55,955 bases of DNA from positions 1-55,955 of the forward strand of contig NIVC01003479.1 of NCBI GenBank assembly GCA_002269645.1, written 5' to 3'. The translations under genes were made by a program, and so were the position numbers. The stretch comes from Macrostomum lignano. Its lineage: Eukaryota. The notes under the pieces are model-generated. The model did not search any database. It was not told where the DNA came from and saw only the letters and a list, made by a program, of their open reading frames with translations. This document shows positions 12,576 to 26,100 of this stretch, piece after piece; positions within the stretch are counted from its first letter, which is position 1; the number at the start of each line of letters is the position of its first letter.

Positions 12576-13344
12576 AAAATCAATTTTTTTGGTTTTCACG
12601 ACAAATAGAATGACTAACAATGAGACCAACAACTGTGGCTGGAAAATACCTACTATAATATATACTACTGTTCAAAATAGTTTTCTTTTGATAAAGAATT
12701 ACAATACGAATCAAACAGGACATTCGGGGCGGGGGTCTGTTTAAAAAAAGAAAAGAAAACTATGTTGAAACTGGGCGATTTTCTTAAATAACACACAGAA
12801 TGTCTTTTGTGAATCATCTTAAAACAACTAATCAACTTTATATAGTATACTACTTATGCAGAGTAACGCAACGGTAGTATAAGTCTAAATCTAAAAATGA
12901 TATAACAGTTTTAATGATAATTAAATGACGTTACGAATAACTTTGTTAAGTTAGAAAATAGTTTAAAGATTAATAAATTCTAAGTTTGTTAATTTAAACA
13001 AAGGAAAAGTGTGTGTCGAAAACAACGGAAAATTTGCGAGATATGCCAAGCTAAATTTTTTTTCTATTTTTTAAAATAAAACATACAAATCTCTTAAGAC
13101 AAAATTTTGGGGAAGAAAAATGAAACTAAGCTAGATTAAAAAGGGGAAAAACCAACTATATGAATTTTGTTGATGTGCGCTATATACTACTGACGCGAAC
13201 GGAGCGGTAAGCTGAACAGATACGATTTTTAACAAATTAGCTAGTTGAAGACGAGTTGTTTTAATAGGATGATGGTTTATATCCAGAAATTTTATAATCT
13301 CATTTCTATTAAAAACACTTCCCAAAAATATCAACAGTAAAAAA

Positions 13345-14040
13345 CGAAAATCCCAAAACTAAGAATCCCATTCTGCCAGAAAAAATCCCAAAACTAAGAA
13401 TCCCATTCTGCCAGAAAAAATCCCAAAACTAAGAATCCCATTCTGCCAGAAAAATCCCAAAACTAAGAATCCCATTCTGCCAGAAATAATCCCAAAACTA
13501 AGAATCCCATATTCTATCTAAAAATCCCGAAACTAAAAATCCCATTCTGCCAGAAAAAAATCCCAAAACTAAGAATCCCATATTCTATCTAAAAATCCCA
13601 AAACTAAGAATCCCATTCTGCCAGAAAAAATCATAAAAATAAGAATCTCATTCTGCCAGAAAAAAATCCCAAAACTAAGAATCCCATTCTGCCAGAAAAA
13701 ATCCCAAAAATAAGAATCTCATTCTGCCAGAAAAAAATCCCAAAACTAAGAATCCCATTCTGCCAGAAAAAATCCCAAAACTAAGAATTCCATTCTGCCA
13801 GAAAAAATCCCAAAACTAAGAATTCCATTCTGCCAGAAAAATCCCAAAACTAAGAATTCCATTCTGCCAGAAAAAATCCCAAAACTAAGAATTCCATTCT
13901 GCCAGAAAAATCCCAAAACTAAGAATTCCATTCTGCCAGAAAAAATCCCAAAACTAAGAATCCTATTCTCCCCGAAAAATACCAAAACTAAGAATCTCAT
14001 TCTCCCCGAAAAATACCAAAACTAAGAATCCCCATTTTTC
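13345..14040. repeat. Minisatellite, ~35-bp unit AAAATCCCAAAACTAAGAATCCCATTCTGCCAGAA
   Basis: Tandem array downstream of the PK-like stop. Confidence 0.95.
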
Positions 14041-14153
14041 CAAAAAATCCTAGGTCTCACAAAACAAGTTTCCAGTAAGTAAAAGTTCAGTTCAACAACT
14101 TCCCTCAAAAAAGGTTTGATTCAATCTTACGCGCACAGAACACTGCTCAAAAA

Positions 14154-17100
14154 TCAATCAAAGGTGACGGTAGGGTTTTCGCCCCAAGCCGGAGCCGGCT
14201 GATTTGGCGGCAGCAGGTTCGGCTGGTTTGGCGCCACCTCGCGAGGCTGCTGCTGCTTGCTAGACACGTTGAACACCTGCGAGGAGCGAACAATGTGCAG
14301 CGGCGAGGACATGAACTCCTCGGCCGGGACCACCACCAGTCGAACGGTGTTGGTCTGGCCGGCGTGCCAGCCGGTGCAGATGACGACCCGTTCGCCGGGT
14401 TTAACAAATTTGGAGCGAACGGCAAATTGCAGAGTGTGCGTGATCCGCCGGTCCATGTCCTCAGACCAGTCGTCGCATTTCTCCTCTAGAAATTTTTCGG
14501 GGATCGGCAATGTTGGAATAATACTGCTAGTTGTTAAGTAGTATATCATGTACAGGGAAAAAATCTCTTTTAGTGGGGTTTTAGTGTAGACCAATCTATG
14601 GGGCGTGGGAGCTCTCTAGGAGGGAGTCTATAGGGCATGGGAGCTCTTTAAAATAGAGGCTATGGGATGTGAGATCTCTTTAGGGGGCGAATCTATGGGG
14701 TGTGGGATCTCTATAGGAGGCGAATCTATGGGATGTGGGATCTCTATAGGAGGCGAATCTATGGGGTGTGAGATCTCTATAGGAGGCGAATCTATGGGAT
14801 GTGGGATCTCTATAGGAGGCGAATCTATGGGGTGTGAGATCTCTATAGGAGGCGAATCTATGGGATGTGGGATCTCTATAGGAGGCGAATCTATGGGATG
14901 TGGGATCTCTATAGGAGGCGAATCTATGGGATGTGGGATCTCTATAGGAGGCGAATCTATGGGATTTTGGGATCTCTATAGGAGGCGAATCTATGGGATG
15001 TGGGATCTCTATAGGAGGCGAATCTATGGGATGTGGGATCTCTTTAGGAGGCGAACTTCATAGAAATTGTTGAAAGTTTTTCTGCTTAGCTTACTGAACA
15101 TAAACTACTAACAGTAGTTTTATCAACATAAAAATTATATCAATTTACCAGAAAAATACACCGGACGCAGGCCCCGATACAGGTGACACTGCCGAGCTAC
15201 GGACATCTGCCTGGTGACAGTCAGAATCGGGCAAGGCGGTCGGTAACTAGCCACAGCGAATGCGGTCTTGCCCGTAGTTGTAACCACAATGATCGCAGCA
15301 GCTCCGTTAGTCATAGCGGCGCTGACGGCCGCAGTAGCCGAGGTGAAAGTTTCAATTTGCTCGTCTTTTGGACCCATGGCAGCCAGGCGGACGGCTTCGA
15401 TGCGCTTTAGGTCGACAAATTTGCGGCCGTGATAGTAGGCCGACTCGGCCTCTTGGCACACCTGCGGAGTAGATGGCGGAGTGAGATTAGACCTGGGAGA
15501 GAGTGAGAAAAACTAAGAGAGAGAGATAGATCAGGGTGAGATATGGAAATAGATCAGGGGTGAGAGGGAGATACATCAGGGAGTGAATGAGATAGATCAG
15601 GCAGGGAGTGAGATAGATCAGACAGAGAGGGAGATAGATTAGGCAGAATGATATAGATCAGACAAAGAGAGAGATAGATCAAGCAGAGAGTGAGATAGAT
15701 CAGGCAGGGAGTGAGATAGATCAGACAGAGAGTGAGATAGATCAGAAAGAGAGTGAGATAGATCAGACAGAGAGTGAGATAGATCAGAGTGAGATAGATC
15801 AGCAACCAACTCCCCAAAAGGTCGTGACCTCACTGCAACTATTTACTCTGATTAGGCAAATTGATTAACTATTAAAAATTCAATTACAACAGAGAAGCAC
15901 CCAGACTATAGTACCAAACAGTAGTAGAAGTATTAGAAAATTCAATTACACCGACTAAATATCCCTCTATTGCATACAATCTACTGGGCAAGCTAGTCCC
16001 AGTTCGGTGGGCTGGGAGATTACTATTGCGAACCCGCAAAAAAGATTATTTTCTCCCGCTGATAAAAAATGCCACGGAAGAAGAGGCCGAGGGATTGCAA
16101 AGGAGAGAGCGTGGTTAGAATGCTTCATCATGCAGCAGCCCTGCGTAGCTGATTGGCCAAAATAATTGATGCTGATTCAGAATTACCAAGACTATATATA
16201 GTTACGTAAAAATATGTATTGTATATACTGTAGAAGTAAAGTAGAAAAGTATACACCTGCATATTTGGAACCAGCCTTGTATAATCTAACACAGCTAGTC
16301 TGATATACATCGACCTCCGACACATAATCATCACAACATAAATTGTCAACATTGACGACGTACTGATCACCCACAAAAGGTGATAATTCGATTCAATAGA
16401 CCACCATATTAGAGCGATACAGATCACCGACACATTAGAGCGACACATAGATCACCGACACATAGAGCACCGACACGTCAAAGCGACACAAAGACCACCG
16501 ACACATGAGAGGGACACATAGATCACCGACATATTAGACTGACACATAGAGCACCGACACGTAAAGGCGACACAAAGACCACCGACACATGAGAGGGACA
16601 CATAGATCACCGACATAGTAGACCGACACATAGACCACCGACACATCAAAGCGACACATAGACCACCGACACATCAAAGCGACACATAGACCACCGACAC
16701 ATCAAAGCGACACATAGATTACCGACACATCAAAGCGACACATAGACCACCGACACATCAAAGCGACACATAGACCACCGACACATCAAAGCGACACATA
16801 GACCACCGACACATCAAAGCGACACATAGACCACCGACACATCAAAGCGACACATAGACCACCGACACATCAAAGCGACACATAGACCACCAACACATGA
16901 GAGCGACACATAGATAACCGACACAGCGACAAATTAGTCTCGGACAGAAAGCAGCACAATTAATTACACGCTCACCTGAACCATGACCTGCAGAGTCTCC
17001 AATGGAAAAGCGCCTTTGGCGGTCTCCACGCCGAGTGCCAAGACGTCCGCGCCGTCAAGCACAGCGTTCGCTACGTCGGAGACTTCGGCGCGGGTGGCGC

Positions 17101-20100
17101 GCGGCTTATGCCGCATCGAGTCCAACATTTGGGCGGCAACCACTGCAGGCTTTTTGGCCGCATTGGCGTGCGCAATGACGGACTTCTGGGCTAGGAATAC
17201 TTTCTCAATTGGCAGGTTGCGGCCGAGCTCGCCGCGGTCCACAAACACTCCGTCGGCTACGGATATAATATCGGCGAGGCTGATGGGGCGAGGGGATAAA
17301 TGTCAGTTAGGGATTTATTATATAACGTTACCCACCGTACATTCCTTTCAGATCTTCTATTCCTGCCTTTCTCTGTCAGCCAATGGTAGAAGAGGCTGCT
17401 GGGTCTAGCTGCATCACAGATTAGGAATGAGGGCTAAACTATATATAGAGTGAAGGACTGACGCCATCATGTTCAAACTGAAGATTGCCATTTTTGTCTA
17501 TTCTTGAAAATGAGACTCTCTGCTTTGAAAGTAATTTCAGTTAGCTGTTGTTCACAAAGTACCGTACTACCATTTTTGAAAGAGAGGTGCCATTTTCGAA
17601 GGAAGAGTTGCCATTTTTGAAGGGAGACTTGCCAGTTTCAAAGGATGAGTTGCTACTTTTGAAGGGAGAGGTGCCATTTTAAAGTAGAGGTGTCATCTTT
17701 GAAGGGACACGTGCCATTTTTAATAGAGAGGTGCCATATTTGAAGGAGATGCCATTTTCGAAGGAAGAGTTGCCATTTTAGAAGGGAGAGGTGCCATTTT
17801 TTAAAAGAGATATGCTATTTTTGAAGGAGATGCCATTTTCAAAGGAAAAGTTGCCATTTTTGAAGGGAGGGGTGCCATTTTTAAAGGAGAGGTGCCATCT
17901 TTGAAACAGAAGTGCCATTTCTGAAGGGCGAGGTGCCAGTTTTGAAGGAGACGTACCATTTTTTATTGAGTGCCATTAATAAAGGAAGAGATGTCACTTT
18001 ATTGAATGCCATTTTTGTTAATAAGTGCCACTTATGAAAAGAGCGGTGCCATTTTTGTTCAGTGCCATTTTTGAAGGGAAATGTGACATTTCAGATTAAA
18101 AAACTGCCGCATTAAGCGTTGATTTAAGTTCGATTCTACGATTCTAAAATTCCATTAAGCATTAATCAAAATATGTACTTTTAGTTTTCTTGTAACTAAA
18201 ACACCCAGTATCTCACTTCTTCAAGCCGTCCGAAGACTCGATGCGAGCCAGAACTTTCGTGTTCAGCGAGAAGGGGCCCAGCACTTTTCGAATTTGAGTG
18301 ATGGCCAGTCCCGACTCTGCGAAGCCGCAGCAGACAATGTCCACCTGTGGAGATTCAAATAATTTGGTGGGGAATGTACTTCATGGTGATGCTAGGCGGG
18401 GAATGTACATTGTGGGGTGGGTGATGCTAGGCGGGTAATGTACATTGTGGGGTGGGTGATGCTACGCGGGGTGAGCGGGGCACTTATATTAGAGACGTAT
18501 GCACATTGTGCGATTGTAATGTTTGGCGGGGAATGCGAGTCTCAGTTGTGGGATGTTGGGTGAGGTAAGAAAATACTCTAAAAAGGAGTTCACTAAAGGA
18601 AAATTGGCGCTCGAAAATATACGAGAGTAAAGAGACCAAAAAGAACATGATAAGCTATTATATAACAACTTGCTCGAAATCGCAAGAGAGCGCTATGCTT
18701 CAATACATTATATGCAATAATTCGCTTATCTAGATTCCATTTTCGTAGTTAACCATGAAGTTTTCCATCGAGTAATTACAGTGTTACGCAATAAGATAAG
18801 AGATACTTCAAACACAGAACTCGGCAATGATTAGACTAACGAGGGGTTGCCAACGTGTAAGCCTATTTAGCTCGTAAATTCAATTGTGCATACAAAAAGC
18901 TGTAAACCGGGTGTAACTCGTAGGCCCCCAAATTATGGGTGAGATATAAAGGGATAGTTAGATGGGCCAGCAACTGAGGATCTGGGAGGCTGGGCCAGCA
19001 ACTGAGGATCTGGGAGGCTGGCCCAGCAACTGAGGATCTGAGAGGCTGGCCCAGCAACTGAGGATCTGGGAGGCTGGCCCAGCAACTGAGGATCTAGGAG
19101 GCTGGCCCAGCAACTGAGGATCTGAGAGGCTGGCCCAGCAACTGAGGATCTGAGAGGCTGGCCCAGCAACTGATGATCTGAGAGGCTGGCCCAGCAACTG
19201 AGGATCTAGGAGGCTGGCCCAGCAACTGACACTCTGGGAGGCTGGCCCAGCAACTGAGGATCTGGGAGGCTGGCCCAGCAACTGAGGATCTGGGAGGCTG
19301 GCCCAGCAACTGACACTCTGGGAGGCTGGCCCAGCAACTGAGGATCTGGGAGGCTGGCCCAGCAACTGAGGATCTGGGAGGCTGGCCCAGCAACTGAGGA
19401 TCTGGGAGGTTGGCCCAGCAACTAAGATAAATTTCAGAAATTATTCTAAAGGGACCTAGGGAGCGAAATGATTATAAATATATAAAGAATGTGGCCTAAG
19501 GACAGATAAATTAAAAAAAGAATCTTGCTCGCAAAATAATACTAATGGATACGTGAAGTAGGCATAGATAAAAATCTTGAAATTACAGAATAGCTTGCAG
19601 TTATTCCGCCATAGCAGTAAGAGATGATATATATTTCATATGCATACAACGCGGTATAGGTTTCATGTACTTTTAATAAATACAAACAGACGTCCGAAGA
19701 CTGTAAGGATGAAGGCAGCACAGAAATGGACGAAATACACTGGAGGCAGATGGTAAGCGGCAGAGATTAAGGCAGGCGGATGCGGTGATTAGAAAATGCG
19801 CAGAGACGGATCCCGTGGCAATAAGGGGAATTAAACAGATTAAAGGCAGCTTATGCGCCACATACTGCCTAGTTGTGAAGTCACTCTGTTGGTAACCATC
19901 AGCTCACTCTATAGGCAACCAACAGGTCACTCTATTGGCAACCAACAGGTCACTCTATTGGCAACCAACAGGTCACTCTATTGGCAACCAACAGGTCACT
20001 CTATTGGCAACCAACAGGTCACTCTATTGGCAACCAACAGGTCACTCTATTGGCAACCAACAGGTCACTCTATTGGCAACCAACAGGTCACTCTATGGGT

Positions 20101-23100
20101 AATCATCAGGTCACTCTATGGGTAATCATCAGGTCACTCTATGGGCAACCATCAGGTCACTCTATGGGCAACCATCAGGTCACTCTATGGGCAACCATCA
20201 GGTCACTCTATGGGCAACCATCAGGTCACTCTATGGGCAACCATCAGGTCACTCTATGGGCAACCATCAGGTCACTCTATGGGTAATCATCAGGTCACTC
20301 TATGGGCAACCATCAGGTCACTCTATGGGCAACCATCAGGTCACTCTATGGGCAACCATCAGGTCACTCTATGGGTAATCATCAGGTCACTCTATGGGCA
20401 ACCATCAGGTCACTCTATGGGCAACCATCAGGTCACTCTATGGGCAACCATCAGGTCACTCTATGGACAACCATCAGCTCACTCTATAGGTAATCATCAG
20501 GTCACTCTTTAGGTAATCATCAGGTCACTCTTTAGGTAATCATCAGGTCACTCTATAGGTAATCATCAGGTCACTCCATAGGTAATCATCAGGTCACTCC
20601 ATAGGTAATCATCAGGTCACTCTATAGGTAATCATCAGGTCACTCTACATGTATAGGCAACTATCAGGTCACTCTATAGGATACAATCAGGTACTAGTAC
20701 TAGTGTGCCTACTAGTAATCATAACCCATGTAATTTCGTTATACTATATTCTAAAATATTTTACCACTGTAATCAATGAGATAGATCTTCATGGCAAGTT
20801 AGCAAATGACATCAATCAATTGCAATAATTATACATCCCCGGTTGGCCATTTCGTGACTTCTCTAACTAGGAAAAAAGTTTTTTTTTCCTGTCGAGTTGG
20901 GAAATTGCCGGGACTGTATTAATCTAATTAACTCAGCACTGGCCATAATAATAATAGAATGCTAATAGAAATCATATTGATCTGAGTGCGTGAACTGTAT
21001 GGATGCTTAGAGATGATATAGAATGGGATAGAGATAGAGAGGTAGAGATAGAAGGGGATAGAGATAGAGAGGTAGAGATAGAAGGGGATAGAGATAGAGG
21101 TAGAGATAGAAGGGGATAGAGATAGAGAGGTAGAGATAGAAGGGGATAGAGATAGAGAGGTAGAGATAGAAGGGGATAGAGATAGAGAGGTAGAGATAGA
21201 AGGGGATAGAGATAGAGAGATAGAGATAGGATAGGATAGAGATAGAGATAGAGGTAGAGATAGAATGGGATAGAGATAGAGGTAGAGATAGAATGGGATA
21301 GAGTTAGAGATAGAGGTAGAGATAGAATTGGATAGGGATAGAGGTAGAGATAGAAGGGGATAGAGATAGAGGTAGAGATAGAAGGGGATAGAGATAGAGA
21401 GATAGAGATAGGATGGGATAGAGATAGAGGTAGAGATAGAATGGGATAGAGATAGAGATAGAGAGATAGAGATAGAATAGGATAGAGATAGAGATATAGG
21501 TAGAGATAGATTGGGATAGGGATAAAGGTAGAGATAGAATGAGATATAGGTAGAGAGGTAGAAATACAATGGGATGTAGGTAGAGAGGTAGAGACAGAAT
21601 GCCTGTACCTGATTCTCCACCGCGAACAGCAGATCCTGTTTGTACTTCTCAGCCACAGCGTATCGATATTCGGCCATCCTGGGCAGCCGGACAACACGAG
21701 AGCTCTGCAGAATGCCGCCCTGCTCAACTAGGCAGCGAATGCTGCCAGTTAGGGACGCTGAAAATAGGAAATCAGATTAGAATCAGGGATTAATGAGCTG
21801 CAGCATATTGCCTTTTTATTACAGCTGGAAGCCTGTTTCTTGGAAAAATATGTCATAGATAAGACATCGACACGAGGCACTGAAGAAACTCTACTGCATT
21901 CGTACACCTCATGCTAATGATGTAGCATTTCTCGTAAACTAATTTTCGTTTACATGACTGAATGAAATTTGAAGAAAAATAAATCAATTAAACTGCGTTA
22001 CACTCAGGGCACGAGTGAAGTCAAACTGTAATGGATACACGCTACATACTACTGAAAATATATCTTACATTCATAATTTATGCATAGTTTGCGGCATGCG
22101 TTGTTCAATATTGATAACAAATTAAAAATGATTCTTTCAGACTACAATCAATTTAATACCTATTTATGATCAATCAATCAATCAATGTAAATCAATTTAC
22201 ATACAAATTTAACTGATCATTTTAGCACAAGTAGTATGTATTCATTTCCAAAACATTTTTATTTCCATTTATCACAAACCTGAAGGACGACTTGGTGAAT
22301 AGTTGGTGAAGCCTGCGATTATGATATTTCATTAGTTTGCCTTTGGCTTTGCTTTGAAATTAACAAGTGCTGAGTTATAAACAAAGTAAATAATAATGTA
22401 TTATATTTCGGCTATTGCGCGGCGCATCTGAAGGCTACGTACGGCTGTTCAGTCCAAAGACTGGGGGGTCGCCACCATCAATTACCCCAGCTAATGCTGG
22501 CACCCATTTTACAGCTGGGTGAACTGAAGCAATGCAGAGTTAAGTGTCCTGCTCAAACGACACAAATTGTTCCGAGTTGGAGCAGGAATTGAACCCCCGA
22601 CCTTCAAGTAGAGTCCGACGCTCTAACCACTAGGCTAAAACCACTTTAAATATAATTTAAAGAGTAGAGTAACAGTGTTTAACACATACTGATACAATTA
22701 TAAACAATTTTTTGAAGATTAAGTGATAGTAAATACACAAAGACTTTCTAATCGTTAGGCACATACACTCTAAATTTCTCACCTTTCTCCGAGCAATCAG
22801 CATCACTGTGCCGTCATCAATATCGATCCTATCGCCAACATTGATAGCGTGAAAAGATTTACGCCAATAGGCGGTATCGATGTACAGGTGCTCAGCTGTG
22901 CAGTCGTCTTTGTAGGCTTCATCAACTGTGATGGTGACGAATTCGCCTTCGGAGACTTTGAACGAGCCGTTGACAGCGCCGCTAACCTGTCCGGTACGCA
23001 GGGTTGGCGCGGTGATGTCCACGGCCACGGCCACCATGTAGGAGTCCATGGACTCCGAGTTCAGTTTGGCCTCTTCGGCGCGTACAGTTTTGATGAGTTG

Positions 23101-26100
23101 TGAGCAGTACTGCAGGCGGGAAAGATGGGGTTGGCTTTCTAGTGTCATTTAATATTGGCTTTTATTACTATAGAATTATTGAAACTATGACCAGATGAGC
23201 CTCAAGTCACTTTAAAGTAACTACGAAATTATGAGGTTACTCGGTAGGTAACCATCAGGTAAACTCATCAGGTGATCATCAGGTCACTCTATAGTTGACC
23301 ATCATGTCACTCTATATGTAAACATCATGTCACTCTATAGTTAACCATAAGGTCACTCCGTAGGCAACCATCATGCCACTCTATAGATAACCATCAGGTC
23401 GCTCTATAGGCAACCATCAGGTCACTCTAAAGTTGACCATCAGGTCACTCTAAAGTTGACCATCAGGTCACTCTAAAGTTGACCATCAGGTCACTCTAAA
23501 GTTGACCATCAGGTCACTCTAAAGTTGACCATCAGGTCACTCTATAGTTGACCATCAGGTCACTCTATAGTTTACCATCAGGTCACTCTATAGTTGATCA
23601 TCAGGTTACTCTATAGTTGACCATCAGGTCACTCTATAGTTGACCATCAGGTCACTCTATAGTTGACCATCAGGTCACTCTATAGTTGACCATCAGGTCA
23701 CTCTATAGTTGATCATCAGGTCACTTTATAGTTGATCATCAGGTCACTCTATAGATAACCATCAGGTCACTCTATAAGTAACCATTTAGGTCACTATATA
23801 GGTTTTAGGTAACCATCGAGTCACTCTAGACTTAATCATCAGATCACTACATCAGGACATTAGGACAGGTAATCCAGAATCACCCCCAAAGCTCACCTTG
23901 TAGGAGCCGAGCGTCAGGTTAATGCGGGCAATATTCATACCCCGCACAATCATACGACGAATCATTTCAGGCGTTTCGCAAGACGGTCCTTAAAACGAAT
24001 AAGAAAATAAATTCACATATAGATCGAAGAAAAATATCTCAACATACTACTGAATCATGGCTGATTAAGTAGCATAGTAAGTAGCATACGGGAGTTAAAA
24101 ATAACCAGCCTGAATATAGTAGGAAAACCTGTAGAAAGTTTGGAAGCCGGCCAGAAAAAAAATTCCAGAAACCGAACTGGAACTGTGCCGGGATTTTGCT
24201 GCCCAGTCTTTCCGCCCGCAACATTGGGAAGAATGCAGTTGGGGATAAATAAAGGGACTGAACGAAGATGGGAAACGCGAGCGTGCAAGAGCGTACGTAT
24301 TATCATTTCACCCAAAAGTTGGCCTACAAGGGCGGTTACCGATCCCTTTCCCATCCTAGCACAGCAGTGCAAACTCCAAGCCGGCGATATATCAAGTATT
24401 ATAATCTTAATAAATCAATTCTGACAATATAATAGAAAGCATTGAAAAAATACATTCACAAGCACGATTAGAAATCGTTCGTCAAAAAATGATATTAGTA
24501 AATATTTTATATCGAATATAGAATTTCTGTTAGCATAGGAAATAGAAAATGTAGAACATTTATTCTTTACTTTGCTAGTTATAATACTAGTACAGTCAGA
24601 TACTATAGACTTTATCTTAGACATTTAGTAAATGCTGATTGGTTGCTCAGTAAATTATATAGATTAAAAGTTCGCTGACACAATATTTATTTTCCTGACA
24701 CCCTCTTCCATTACCTGACTACTCATTCGTTTCCCTGACGTACCCTCTCCTATTCCCTGACATCCTATTAATTTACCTGACACCCTGTTCGTTTCCCTGA
24801 CACCCTGTTCGTTTCCCAGACACCCTATTCATTTCCCTGACACCCTATTCCTTTACCAGACACCTCATTCGTTTCCCTGACGTACCCTCTCCTATTCCCT
24901 GACATCCTATTAATTTACCTGACACCCTGTTCGTTTCCCTGACACCCTGTTCATTTCCCTGACACCCTATTCCTTTACCAGACACCCTATTCCTTTACCA
25001 GACATCCTATTCATTTCCCTGACACCCTATTCATTTCCCTGACACCCTATTCATTTCCCTGACACCCTATTCCTTTACCAGACACCCTATTCCTTTACCG
25101 GACATCCTATTCATTTCCCTGACACTCTATTCCTTTACCAGACATCCTCTTCATTTACCAGACACCCTATTGATTTAGCAGACAACCTATTGATTTCCCT
25201 GACATCATATTATTCATTTCTCAACACTGATATAGACTCACCCAGCGTGCACATGATGCCGGTGACGCGAGGATAAATTGGCAAATTATCGATGTCTAAT
25301 CGGCACAGGTGAGTCAGCTGAGTCTCACGGCTGTGCATGATGCGCGACTGCGTGTTCATTCGATAGTAGCCGGGCATGGAGCTGCGGAGGGACACGGGGA
25401 TAGATATGGGATGCGTGATTTGGGGAAGCATGAACATCTTGTCTGTCTGACTGTTTAAAGATTTTAGCACTATCTTTATATCTATCTCATTCTAACTCTA
25501 CCTCTATCTCTATCCCATTCTATTTTTACCTCTCTATCTTTATCCCATTCTACCCCATTCTATTTTTACCTCTCTATCATCAAATTCTATCTTTACATCT
25601 ATCTCTTTCCGATTCTATCTCTACCCCTATATCTCTATCCCATTATATCTCTACCTAGATCTATCTACATCCCATTCTATTTTTACCTCTCTATCATCCC
25701 ATTCAACTCTACATCTATCTCTTTCCGATTCTATCTCTACCTCTCTATCTCTATCCATTCTATCTCTACCTCTCTATCTCTATCCATTCTATCTCTACAT
25801 CTATCTCTATCCCATTCTATCTCTACATCTATCTCTATCCCATTCTATCTCTACATCTATCTCTATCCCATTCTATCTCTACCCCTCTACCTCTATCCCA
25901 TTCTATCTCTACATCTATCTCTATCCCATTCTATCTCTACCCCTCTACCTCTATCCCATTCTATCTCTACCCCTCTACCTCTATCCCATTCTATCTCTAC
26001 ATCTATCTCTATCCCATTCTATCTCTACCCCTCTACCTCTATCCCATTCTATCTCTACCCCTCTATCTCGATCCCATTCTATCTCTACCTCTGTCTTTAC

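Noticed and set aside
22560-22643. tRNA gene (also 42390-42461 and ~28255-28300)
   Set aside because: A/B boxes are present, but the acceptor stem is not convincing and each is followed by a repeated non-tRNA body, so they are SINE heads.
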